From: Octopus vulgaris
Taxonomy: Eukaryota
Length of the DNA: 64,000 nucleotides
Assembly (NCBI GenBank): GCA_951406725.2
Contig: OX597832.1
Location: 36,394,001 to 36,458,000 of the forward strand
Direction of reading: 5' to 3'
Positions 24,661 to 39,629 of this stretch are shown in pieces. The first letter of the stretch is position 1; each line of letters starts with the position of its first letter. Below the pieces are notes generated by a model. That model worked only from the letters and a program-made list of their open reading frames with translations. It was not told where the DNA came from and made no database searches. The translations under genes were made by a program, and so were the position numbers.

Positions 24661-25979
24661 TGATTTATTCAGGATATCTAAGACAAATTAGAGTATATTA
24701 AATGAGAGGAATTCTTGATTTATTGTAATTATCTTAGCTTCCAAAAAAGCTAGATCATCTACTTAGCGACAACTGGTACCAGTTCCAAATGGTAAGAGGA
24801 GATAATCTCTAGAAGCATATCCTTCATGAAAAGTTTGATTATCTGGAGACAAGAAGACAGCGATTGATACGTTTCTATTTGAATAGGCATCATCAATGCA
24901 GCGAATGTTTGGTGGATGGATAATTTTTGGTAGAAGATTGTAAACCAATGACACCACTTGTATGGTAGTGGCATTTGATCACAATTAGCATGCATACATC
25001 AAGACAAGGGGAATACACAAATATACACACTCACTCATGCACATACATACACACACACATATGCATACATGCATGGTAGTTTTCTATCATGTTGTTGCTG
25101 GGTGCATTGAAGAAGCTCTGTCCGTTCTTCATTGATAACTTTGTTGTGCCTTAGAGCTTTCTTGTATCTCTCTCTCCTTTTTATTCATCAATGCTGTTAC
25201 TTGCTGTCACATCTAACAACACTCACCCTAAGACTGTTAACATTACTCTTCATTTCTCTCCAATATTCTCCAGCAATGCATTATTCTCTCACAGCCTGGA
25301 CACTGCATGCCAAATCCACCCTGATTCCATGAACACTGACCTCAAAAGCATCCACTTGTGGAGATAGGCCAACCTTGCCTCTTTCAACAACAAGAAAGCA
25401 GATGATGGGCTTTTTTCAGTTTCCATCTACCAAATTTCAACTACAAGGCATTGGTCAACCCACAACTATAAAAAATACCAGCTGACAGTGTCCATGCTAT
25501 GGGAACAATTTGTAAACGTGTTCTAAAGCAAACTGCTTAACATCATGGCCACTTGTGTCTCAAATATACATTCTGATTGAATCTTCCTTGTGACAATGTA
25601 ACCATTAATTTTATCAAGATATTCTGATGAGTAGCTGGCGGTAGATACCTCACCTGGATTCTTACCACTTCTGAGGTTGGATCTTAACTTACTTCATTCC
25701 ATAACTCTTGCTGTCTTATTCGCACACCCGGCAACCCTGGTCACCTACTGTGAAATATAAAAAGAACTTTTTCAGCTTTTCATTCTTCAATATGAAAAAA
25801 TCCACAACCTTCAGTCTTAATAAACCACTTTCGGCCCTGAATGTTTTCTTTTTAATATTTACTACAGATTGCTTGAAGCTAAATTTCTTCCTACACCTCG
25901 ATCCCTGGATCTTATATTTACACACATATATGTGTGTGTGTGTGTATATATGTGTGTGTGTGTGTGTAAAATAAATGTA

Positions 25980-26214
25980 GAGATAAACAAGTTGGATCAA
26001 TATATAAAATATATTAAATACATGTAATACAAATAAAATGTATATACTTACACAGAATATAAATGGTATAGAGAATTACTGTTCCTCAACCCCTTTAATT
26101 CCGTATATCATTTATATTCTATGTAAGTTGGACCTTTTTATATGTATACATTTATGCATTTTTTGTATTTCCTCTATTTAATATACTTTATATATTGATC
26201 CAACTTGCTTTCTC
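25980..26214. repeat. imperfect AT-rich palindrome
   Basis: caagttggatcaatatataaaatatattaaata versus tatttaatatactttatatattgatccaacttg, plus matching inner arms. Confidence 0.75.
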
Positions 26215-26875
26215 AATGTTCACTTCTATACCTGCTCAAGTTTAAATCTCTTGAGCACTTACCTAGTGTATTCTATAAGACCATTTGGATCCCATCTGTG
26301 ACCTATATATATATGTGTGTGTGTATGTATATACACACACACACACACACACATCATACTCATCATTGCTCTACAACCACCTTCTATGATGCTGGCATTG
26401 ATTGGATGGTTTGGTTGAATCTGATGGGTTGGAGATTCATGTCTTGCCCCAGTGTTGGGTGTCTTTCCTAAAACCATCTGCTTTACTGAAGGTACTGGAT
26501 GCTTCTTCCATACCATCAGCACTTGTGAGGTCACCTTTTTAACTTAGAAGGCTTCAGAGTCCCTGTGACTGAGAGGTAAAATATGAGAAAAGATAAGAAA
26601 TTAAAGAGGGTGGTAGCGGTGAGACTCACAGACACTGTTATAGAAGGGATTAATAGGTGTCAGGCTGGGTGGTAAGTAGCCATCTTCTCAACCACGCTGT
26701 TTTGGTTCAGACCCATTTTGTGGCACCTTGGGCGAGAGTGTCTTCTATAGCCTTGGGCTGACCAAACCCTTGTGAGTGGATTTGGTAGATGGAAACTGAG
26801 AGAAGCCTGTCAGTGTGTGTGTTGCTATCTCTTTGCCTTGACAGAACATGATGTCTGGTCGTGGGGAAATATTAC

Positions 26876-27087
26876 AAACAGGTGTGGGTTGGCAATAGGT
26901 AGGGCATTATTATGTATAGTGCTCAGGTGCACTGTAACTCATCAAAGAATTATGTACAAAAGTCATAATAGAATTATAATTATGTATAATTCTATTATGA
27001 CTTTTGTACATAATTCTTTGATGAGTTAAAGTGCACCTGAGCACTATACATAATAATGTCCTACCTATTGCCAACCCTCACCTGTTT
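26876..27087. repeat. long palindrome (103-bp arms, 6-nt loop)
   Basis: Arms 26876-26978 and 26985-27087, three mismatches counted by eye. Confidence 0.92.
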
Positions 27088-27109
27088 CCAGGCAATGCAA
27101 TATTTCCCC

Positions 27110-28150
27110 AACAGTGTATGAGTCATGATATAAATGTGTGCATGCTTATGGAATGGGGGTGGGATATCAGGTGTAGTGTTGGTGAATTTCAGGAAGCATG
27201 GAAATTTTAAAGGATGCAATGTCTTGACAACTAGTAACTGATGCAGGCAGTTTGTTCCATGCTTCAGTGACTCTAAGTGTGAAAAAATGTTTCTGAGAGT
27301 CATGGGAGCTGTGCTGTTTTCTGACTTTGTAGGCATGCCCACATGTGTTAGACACATGGAGCTCAAAAAGGTGCTCAAGGTGGTTGTTGGAACAATGGTT
27401 AATAATTTTGTGGGCGTTTACCAAGTCAGTTGCCAGACATCAAAGCTTCAATGTATCTATGCCCAGGAAAGCTTGGTGTTCAGGGTATGGTAGATGCCTG
27501 ATGGTGGGTATTCACTTGGTTGCACATCTCTGAACAATTTTCAGGCAGTCCTGAGCAAGATAAGTGTTCCAGACTGGTGATGCAAATTCCAAGTGTGGCT
27601 GCACTATAGCCATATACAACCTTAAATAGATAGCTGGAGAGCAGCTAACAAAGGTCTTGCTGAGTGATGCCAAGACACACTTGGCCTTCTTGAGTTTTAG
27701 AGATGTGCTTTGTCCAGGGCAAATCACTGCTGATAGTAATGCCCAGATCACATTCACAAGAAGACTTCTTGATATTAGTGTTGCGGAGAGAGTAGGTAGA
27801 TGTTGGGTCTTTCCTCCCAAAATGCATGGTGATACACTTGTCCACAGCCAGCTTGAGTTGCCAGTCTGATTGCAGGAAAGATTTATAGTGTTCAAGATCT
27901 GTCCTTTTTATCTCAAAGTACAGCTTGATGTCATCTGCATATTTCAGCTCTGTGGCATTCTTTAAGTTGGCATCTATGTCATTAATGTATGCAACAAACA
28001 AAAGGGGACCAAGAAACCGATCCCTGCAGTACACCAGATAACGTCTCAATGGGTGAAGAATGTTGTCCTAGAACCGTGACTACCTCTTTTTGGCTGAGAA
28101 TGAAGGACTCCAACCAGTTAAAAAGATCATCTTTCACACTCATTGCAGAG
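27110..28150 (-). mobile_element. CR1-type LINE, 5'-truncated, frameshifted reverse transcriptase
   Basis: LGPLLFVAYINDI...KYADDIKLY, LYMAIVQPHLEFASPVW and FFTLRVTEAWNKLP motifs across frames. Confidence 0.92.
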
Positions 28151-28490
28151 GATTTTAATCACCCCCATGACTTATTCTTTGTAAGCCTAGTACTTATTCT
28201 ATCGGTGTCTTTGCTGGACTGCTAAGTTATGGGGACATAAACACACTAGTATTGGTTGTCAAGCAATGGCAAAAGTACACACACACACACACAAATATAT
28301 ATTCAATTTCCATCTACCAAATCCACTGACATGGCTATAGTAGAAGGTGCCATGCAATGGGACTGAACCTGGAACAATGTGGTTGGGAAGCAAGTTTCTA
28401 ACCACACAGCCACACCTCTCAATACCACAACACACCTTATACTATATTCTGTACATCACCTTCTCAATATCATAACACTAGGTTCTGCAC

Positions 28491-28775
28491 CAATGGTTCT
28501 CAGCTGGGGTCCACATGACTCTTGGGGATGCATGCTAGCAAGATAGTAAATTTGAAATCCACAGTATTATTTTAAGGGTCCATGAAAAGTTTTGATTTAA
28601 ATGTATTATGTTTTGCAAGAAACAGCTAGATGTTCTTCTCTGACTAATTTACAAAGTTCAACCTATACAAGTGAATGAGTGAATAGCAAAATAGGAATTT
28701 TGAAAGAAGTATCTATAAAATTAGTTCTTAAACACATCAAATGGCTGTGGGGGTGGGGTCCACCTGAATAACATA
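28491..28775. mobile_element. hAT-type MITE, same family as 408-729
   Basis: Shared tattttaagggtccatgaaaa and ttttgaaagaagt blocks; starts CAATGGTTCTCA. Confidence 0.6.
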
Positions 28776-29245
28776 AACAAATAGGTAACCTCTCATTACT
28801 ATAAACCCACTTCACACCACATTCATGCTACACTGGACTCACTCAACACTGGGTCACACTGTACATGACATGGCCTACTCAGTCCCCCCCCCTCAGTGCC
28901 ATAACACATATATAGAACAACAAAATCATAGCATAAGAACCCAGGAGATAATCTGTTAAGACAAGCATTAACACTGAAGTGAAGCTGTATACATAGTGGA
29001 GGTACTTGGAGCTGTATCATGTATTACAGTGGAAAACATTACAGGAACCCCTTTGGAAAAAACAAAAAAAAAACAATAATAAAATAAAATAAAATAAATA
29101 ACTAGCTTCTGGAGAACAAGATCTCATTTATAAGGGAGGCCAAAAAGCAGTCTGTGATGTTCAAAATTATTGACATCCTAACAGTACCTCCTTCACTAAA
29201 AAAAAAAAAAAAAGAAAAAATGTCTGTAAGAAAGGTGCTTTACTG

Positions 29246-29284
<39 letters not shown>

Positions 29285-30434
29285 ATACTTCTTCTTATAG
29301 TAGTATGAATACACGACATATGAGGCTTACTGCTACTGAATCTATTGATGGTTGTAGTGGTGGTTATAACAATTGTCATCTGGTGACTACTACAACTACT
29401 ACTACATATTGAATGTAATGATAGTACAAGCTCTACATACTACTATTAATATGACCGTTAGTGCCGCAATAGTAGTAGTAACAGTAGTTGTTTGTAATTG
29501 TGTGGTAGTAGTAGTTGTAGTGTTATAAATTGAATTAGTAGTGACGACCAGCATCTTTACTACTATTGTCACTACCACTATCATAACTATACTACTATTA
29601 CAACTACTACTACATGTAATATTAGTAGTAGATGTCACCAGTGGTGAATGAAACCCACTGATTCTACGACATCATCATCCTGTATACTGATGTTGTTGTC
29701 GTTGCTGCACTCACCCTTTCCCCAAGCGATGTGTTTGTGTTATATAATGTGTAATATGTATATGTACACGTGTTTCAGTATGTGTGTGTGTGTGTGTGTG
29801 TGTATGTATATGTTACTGTTTCTGTTTGTTCCCTTATCTGTGTGTGTGTATTCATGTTTATATATGTAAGAATGTGTGTTTCACTTTCACTTTTGCAATT
29901 ATCTCCCTCTCTCCCCTACACACACACACGCATTCTATTTAATGCATATGTGTGCTCTTTGCCAGTATGTGTGAATGTGTGTGTGTGTGTGTGTGTGTAC
30001 TAATGAAATTCTAGTGTGATATTTAGTATTTATCACCATCACCTTCATTGTCAGCGTTGGCATCATCATGGTCACCATCCGTATTATCTGCATCATCACT
30101 ATAACCACCACTTACATCAATGTAATCATTACTGCTACCGTTTCCACCACCTCTACCATTATCACCACCGCCACTATCATCATCATCCTCATCATCACTA
30201 AGTTTCGACTGCTACTTGCAGTGCAAGGAGCTTTATCTAAACGGTGGCAACACTAATATATAAAGAACAACAAAAACAAGAGCAATATCCACCACAATAC
30301 TACTACTACTACTATCACTACTACTGGTACCTCTGCTACTACTGCTAGCACCACCACCGTCATCATCATCACTGCAGTCTGAGCCTGTACAAGCCTTTAC
30401 TACGGGGAAAAGCTAGATTATTAAACGGACAAAA

Positions 30435-30447
30435 ATGAAGACACGAG
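30435..30447 (+). CDS. candidate alternative first exon MKTR(D/E), possibly of dlg1
   Basis: aaaaATG AAG ACA CGA G|gtatgc; in-frame TAG at 30414; phase 1 as for the MPVRKQ exon; local CpG cluster. Confidence 0.3.
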
Positions 30448-30889
30448 GTATGCTATCCTATTTTCTTTCCCTGAAACCATTCCTTGGTTGTCTGTTAGTC
30501 TTCAGTACAAAGTGAAACAAGGAGATATACTAATTGGTTTATAACACCCACCGCTTAATCTTGCTGCTGAACAACATTGTCTGTTACCGAACAGTAAGAG
30601 AGCTACAACGGTAGTATTAACAATAAGGAAAAATTTTGAGAATAATGATAACGACATTAATAATAATAATGATGATGATAATAATAATAATGATAATAAT
30701 AAAAGTGTATTCATGCTATTTACTATATTGGAATCGGATATCAATATCCATATCTATCTATCTACCTACCTACCTATCAATCTACCTACCTATCAAACTA
30801 TCTATCTATCTATCTATCCTACTATCTATCTATCTATCTATCTATTTATATATCTATCTATCTATATATCTATCTATCCATCTTGTGCA

Positions 30890-30922
<33 letters not shown>

Positions 30923-31178
30923 ATCTCTCTCTCTCTATACATATATATTTGTATATGTGTATATATATATGAAATCTTCACTACTGTTATTTTATGGATT
31001 TCGCTGAGGTAAATCTTCTCTGGCTGGATGCCCTTCATATTGCCAACCTTCAACTATTTTCCATGAAAGGCAATATTTCACCAGGGAAAGACTGGAAATG
31101 AACAGCATTGTTTAATATGGTGATGATGATGATGCTCATTTACATCATCACGTGATGTCAAGACAAGGGTAAACACAA

Positions 31179-31215
<37 letters not shown>

Positions 31216-31780
31216 TATAAATATATATATATATACACACACACACACGTAGAAATGTCTATATACATATATACCTATATATAAATACACATACATAGAT
31301 ACATACGTATATACAAGTGTCTTTTGCGATAGCCCTGGGCTGGCAATGCTACAGGAGTGTATTTGGCAGAGAGGAACTGAAAGGAACTTGTTGTGTGTGT
31401 GTGTGTGTGTGTCATAGTTGTAAACGAGTGTCACTGATGCCACAAGCAGTCTCATTCATCTTCAACATTCTGTGAAGATATTTCTGGCTGTGGTGTGCAA
31501 CGGGGAAAAGATGCATTGCTTGGGGACACGCTGGAGAGGAGTCTGCATCATAGCCTCTGCCCAACCCATGGAAGCATAGGAAAGTGAATGTTAGAAGGAG
31601 GAGGAGGATGATGATATATATATATATATATACACACACACATACATGTATGTGTATATATATATATATATACACACATACACAGATATATATATAAATA
31701 ATAATGTATTGATACATGTGTACGTGCACATGTTGATGCATATGTAGGTACATGAGTATATGTCTGTGTATACGTATATG

Positions 31781-31817
<37 letters not shown>

Positions 31818-32285
31818 ATACACATGTATGTGTGCATATGCATATATGTATTGTATATGTATCTGGGTGTGTGTGTATGTAGATATATGTACGTATTTGC
31901 ACACACACACACGTGTATATGTGCATATACACACGTCTGCTGTATCATCGTTGCTCTTCTGCTGCTCTGCACTGTCCGTTATCTTCTAATCCCAGCCTTT
32001 CTTCCAACTCATGCATCGTTTGTCATTCACAAATCACTGCATCTGCCACTCAGCCCAACCCAATCTTTACAATCGTTGCAGATCCCTCTTCCCCTCTCTA
32101 ACCACACCCATACCCTCTTGCAGATTTTATTTTCTACCCAGTTTTGGGGGCCCCCTTCCGTGACAGATCATCCGACTGCTTCCACTTGAGCACTCCTATG
32201 TCTTGTCTAAAACATAAGTAGTCATGTGGTTCCTCTACAGTAAGGAACCTGTTCTTCTCTACCCCCCCCCCCCCGTTTCTCATAC

Positions 32286-32349
32286 TTTTGTCCAACTCCC
32301 AGTGTTAAAGCTGCCCCTTTTGTCCAACTCCCAGTGTTAAAGCTGCCCC
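32286..32349. repeat. perfect 32-bp tandem duplication
   Basis: ttttgtccaactcccagtgttaaagctgcccc x2. Confidence 0.95.
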
Positions 32350-33003
32350 TTGGGATTTGTCACCATGCTGGTTGACTGGCAACGTCATGAGTGCTAGTGG
32401 CATGGAGAATGCATCCAGTACACACTGTTGAGTGGTTGGTGTTAGGAAGAACATCCAGCCATAGAAACCGTGCCAAAGCAGACACTGAACCACGATGCAG
32501 TGCTTGGGTTCACCAGATCCTATCAAACCATCCAACTCATGCCACTGTGTACATAAGGGTGTGTATGTGGATATGTATGTGTGCATATACATAAATGTTT
32601 GTGTGTGTTTAAATTATTTGGTGAACTGGCAGAATCGAGAGAGCATTGCAAAAATTGCTTTATGCTATTTTTGTCAACTCGTAATGTTCTGAGTTCAAAT
32701 TCTATCAGATTTAATTTTGCCTTTCGCACTTTGGAGACAATGAAATAAATACCAGTCAAGTAGTGGACTTGTCTTCTCTCTTCAGAATTGCTTGCTTTGT
32801 GCCAAAACTTAGAAAGAGAAATATTACAATATTATTATATATTATATATGTATATATGTATCATCATCATTATTGTTTAACATCTGGCTTCCATGCTGGC
32901 ATGGGTTGGATGGTTTCACAGGAGCTAGCTAGGCAGGAGCCTGCACCAGACTTCTGTGTCCATTTAGCAAAGTTTTCATAAGGTATACATATTTCACATA
33001 TTG

Positions 33004-33045
<42 letters not shown>

Positions 33046-33154
33046 ATATAATATTCATCATGTGTTTACCTATATATTAAGTATATATATATGTAATATA
33101 GATATATGAAATACTTTTATATAGCATGTATTTTTGTATGATATATTTTATATG

Positions 33155-33199
<45 letters not shown>

Positions 33200-33302
33200 T
33201 AAAGGGTGAAATATAATTAATTTAATAAAATCAACAAATTTCACCAAGTAGTATTTCGGTATGGAAAAGGACCATATTCAGTAAAAGTTTATATATATAT
33301 AT

Positions 33303-33486
33303 AACAAAGAGGGTCTTTGCAACAAGTTGCTAGACCACATACCGAAAGTATTAGAAATAGCAGCCAGAGGACTGTTATTTCTTTTACTATTTCTTTTTGT
33401 AGTAAAAGAAATAACAGTCCTCTGGCTGCTATTTCTAATACTTTCGGTATGTGGTCTAGCAACTTGTTGCAAAGACCCTCTTTGTT
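33303..33486. repeat. perfect palindrome (87-bp arms, 10-nt loop) flanked by TA runs
   Basis: Arms 33303-33389 and 33400-33486 are exact reverse complements. Confidence 0.95.
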
Positions 33487-33534
33487 TTATATATATATAT
33501 ATACATACATACATACATACATACATCCATACAT

Positions 33535-34059
33535 ACATCTTGTTTCAGTCATTAGACTGCAGCCATGCTTTGAGTGGTCTAGTAAAGCAGGTTGACTCCA
33601 GTATTGAAGTTATGATGTAAACAAACCAACACTGGTTGTCAAGCTGTGGCAGGGGATAAACACCAACACAAATGTTCATACACACACGACAAGATTTTCT
33701 TTCAGTTACTGTCTGAAATCTACTCACAAGGTCAAGGTTATAGCAGAAGACACGTGTCATGTGGTGGGACTGAACCCAGAACCATATGTTTGGGAAGCGA
33801 ATTTCTTATCCCACAGACATGCCCCCCCACACACACACATGTATCTTTTGTGTCTTTTATTTGTTTCAGCCTTTAGACTGAGGACATGTCAGGGCAGGGC
33901 AGTGCCTTGCAGAATTTTGGTCTCAGGAATCGACCTTAGTCCTTGTTTTTTAAACCTGCTAGTTAGTCAGTCTCTTTTGCTGAACTACTAAGTTACGGTG
34001 GTGAGGGCGTAAATACAACACCATAAGTTGTTAAGCAGTGATAGGAACAAACACAAATA

Positions 34060-34060
<1 letters not shown>
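33535..34060 (-). mobile_element. two SINE family A copies (one near-complete, one 3' half)
   Basis: Similarity to 42140-42510. Confidence 0.7.
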
Positions 34061-36752
<2,692 letters not shown>

Positions 36753-36753
36753 A

Positions 36754-37926
36754 CTAGCTGGTGTACCCGGTTATTCCCGGGGTTAAATATGTTCTATTGA
36801 AACGCCTTATTACTCTGATATAAGAAAGCAATTTCATTTTAGCTGCCATAACTGGTGTATTTTCAATCACAAAAATGTACAAAAAAACTGTCTGATGGAG
36901 GAGGGATTGTTGGATGCTGGTGAGAGAGGCTTTTGGAGGTTGGTGAGAAAGGTTGTTGGAGGTTGGTAAGAAATGTTGTCGGAGGTTGAGGAGAGGCAAA
37001 GACATTAATCTGCTTAGTGATGGCATCTAGGAAATGCATAACTGCTGTCATTCACAGAAAATCTATTGTTTTACCTTGAGAAAAGCGCTGTTGAAGTGTT
37101 AAGTGAAATTTGGCAATCGAGGTTTGAATCCACACTATGCCTGCTTGAAGCCACTACAAATAGATTGTGGGATAAAAAATTTTTTCTGTCATGGAAAAAG
37201 TGTAACTGTAAAAATGCAGATTTATCAGAGTAATGGGAATTAAAAAAAGTATGTATGAATAGAAATGTATGAATGAAGTCTTTAAGGTTTAAGATTCAAT
37301 TTAAGGAAGTGCAATAATAAAGTTTAGCAGTTCAAAACTGTGAGTAGTGAAATGCAGAATTAGGTCGGGTGATCGTGAGAATCAAATATTGATCGCTTCA
37401 CTAAAATCTGCAGGTGGTATGGGTTATTTCCCTTGGGTTGTATAAATAAAATATTAGTAATATGTAGTAGATAGAAGGATCCATTGAAAGGGCCCTATTA
37501 TCGATTTTTTTCAACAATCTAAGTATGTCATGAGGTTTCCAGACATGAGTTCTTCTCATGTGTCAAAGTATAAAAGTGATATTGTATGCAAAAATTTGAA
37601 ATAGAACAAACAAAAAATCAATATTCAAAGTAATTGAACGTAAACAATGAAATGGTTTATTTCTGTTGAGTGTTTAAAAAATACTGTAAAAGTGCAATGA
37701 GTTATTTCACTTGGGTGTTTAAAAAAATTAGTTATATGAGGTAGATATAAAGGTCCCTTCCAGGGACTGCATTATCGATTTTTTTCAACAATCTAAGTAT
37801 GTCACATGGTTTCCAGACATGAGTTCTACTCGTGTGTCATGTTTCATCAAAATCAATAAAACGATGTAGCAGTTAGCTAACAACGCCACAAACAAACACA
37901 CACCGATTTTCCACATATGTAGTAGA
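36754..37926 (-). mobile_element. non-autonomous Helitron
   Basis: Minus strand A|TC ... CTAG|T; subterminal hairpin CCCGG-N6-CCGGG at 36766-36781; no TSD; internal ~150-bp direct repeat. Confidence 0.82.
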
Positions 37927-38261
37927 TATATATATGTGTATATATGTATATATATGTGTGTATATTTGTATATATGTGTATATGTGTGTGTATATTTGTA
38001 TATATGTGTATATGTGTGTGTATATTTGTATATATGTGTATATGTGTGTGTATATATGTATATATATGTGTATGTATATATGTATGTATATGTGTATGTA
38101 TGTATATGTGTATGTATATGTCTATATATATGTGTGTATATGTATCTATGTATGTGTATGTCTGTATATATATGTGTGTGTATGTGTGTATATGTATATG
38201 TCTATATATATATGTGTATATATATATGTGTGTGTGTGTATATGTCTGTGTGTCTGTATAG

Positions 38262-38628
38262 TTGGCTGCTCTGGCACCGATCACACTCGGATGGTGCTCT
38301 TGTCACCCTACTAGCACGGGCACAAGTGCCAGTAAGGAAACGCTGCTAACGATCACACTCGAATGGTGCCTTTTATGTACCACTGGCATGGAAGCCGGTC
38401 AGCCGCTCTGTCAACGATCACATTCGTATGGTGCTCTTTGCACTAGTACGGATGCCAGTCATTAAATGTGATATTGATTTCTCTTGCCTCAACAGGTCTT
38501 CACAAGCAGAGTTTAGTGTCCAAGGATGGAAAAGGTATGCATAAGCAGGCTGGTTACACTCCTGGCACGGGCCACAGGTTATGGTCTCATTTGGCTTGCC
38601 GGGTCTTCTCAAGCACAGCATATTTCAA
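38262..38628 (-). mobile_element. RTE LINE ORF end and 3' UTR with three internal repeats
   Basis: Reverse strand encodes YAVLEKTRQAK*; cgatcacactcg(g/a)atggtgc occurs three times (third copy variant); related to 6465-6716. Confidence 0.7.
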
Positions 38629-38629
38629 G

Positions 38630-39110
38630 CAACAGTAGTTGTTCCTGATTTGGCACCTCTAGTGGCCATGGTCTGTACATTCCAGTATGCTAATATGAGA
38701 GTTGGCATCCTCTTTCGTATTTTTATGCTTGGTGCAGTGCATACCGTCCATGATTTAGATGATTTGTTTCTTAAAGTCCAGTGTACCCTGTGAAGCTGGC
38801 AGAAAGTGAATGGACAACACCCTGTTGGCTGAGGTTTGCCCTGCATGAAGTAGGCAGTAGCTGTCCAGTGAGATGCAGTGGTCTCTCCCTCTGTTGACCG
38901 CTTCCCCTGAATCTTAGTTCCAGGCCAATTTAAGCACAGGATTAGAACCTGTACACTGCTACTTTCTGTGTTGTGCAATCACTGATATGATGCTGGAGTT
39001 CCCTCTCTAGGGTGGAGGCCTGGGCAGGTTTGTTATGAGAGAGCATCAGTTACCCATGCAGCAAGTCTCCCAGTTCATGCCACTGATGTTGCCCAAGGGA
39101 AGGGTAGTTG
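38630..39110 (-). mobile_element. RTE LINE 5' UTR and start of the APE endonuclease
   Basis: KRMPTLILAYWNVQTM matches the endonuclease N-terminal xWNVRT motif; GC-richer upstream UTR. Confidence 0.65.
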
Positions 39111-39388
39111 GATGTTTGACCACAATGGACCATTAAGTGAACACTTTATTTCATTATGTTATGGCAAGTCTGTTTGTAAGTGTGATGATATGTGTAACAT
39201 AATGCAATAAAGGTGTTCCATTGTTGTTAAGCATCCGTTTTTGCTTGAAACATCCAGTGTTGAGTTCTAAACAACCACAACAGTGAACGTAAGGAACAAA
39301 TGATATAACCTTATCATAATTTCTCACATGTGTGTGTGTGTCTGTAAGGTTGGTAATATGAATAGGAAAATAGAACTCAAACCATGAG

Positions 39389-39420
<32 letters not shown>

Positions 39421-39629
39421 TATATATATGTATGTATATGTATGTATGTATATATGTACGTATGTGTGTGTGTGTGTGTATATATATATATACACACACA
39501 CACACACTTTTGCTGAGTAAAATGTCTGTGTGCATTTATGTATTTACTTTTGCTAGTTTCAGTCCTGGGTCCTGGCTGTGCTGGGACACTGCTATTGGTT
39601 TGGTTACTAGTTGAACTCATTTCCCTGAC

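Noticed and set aside
38278-38460. Repeat-spacer pattern resembling CRISPR
   Set aside because: Three degenerate units with related spacers inside a LINE 3' UTR; eukaryotic context and no cas genes.
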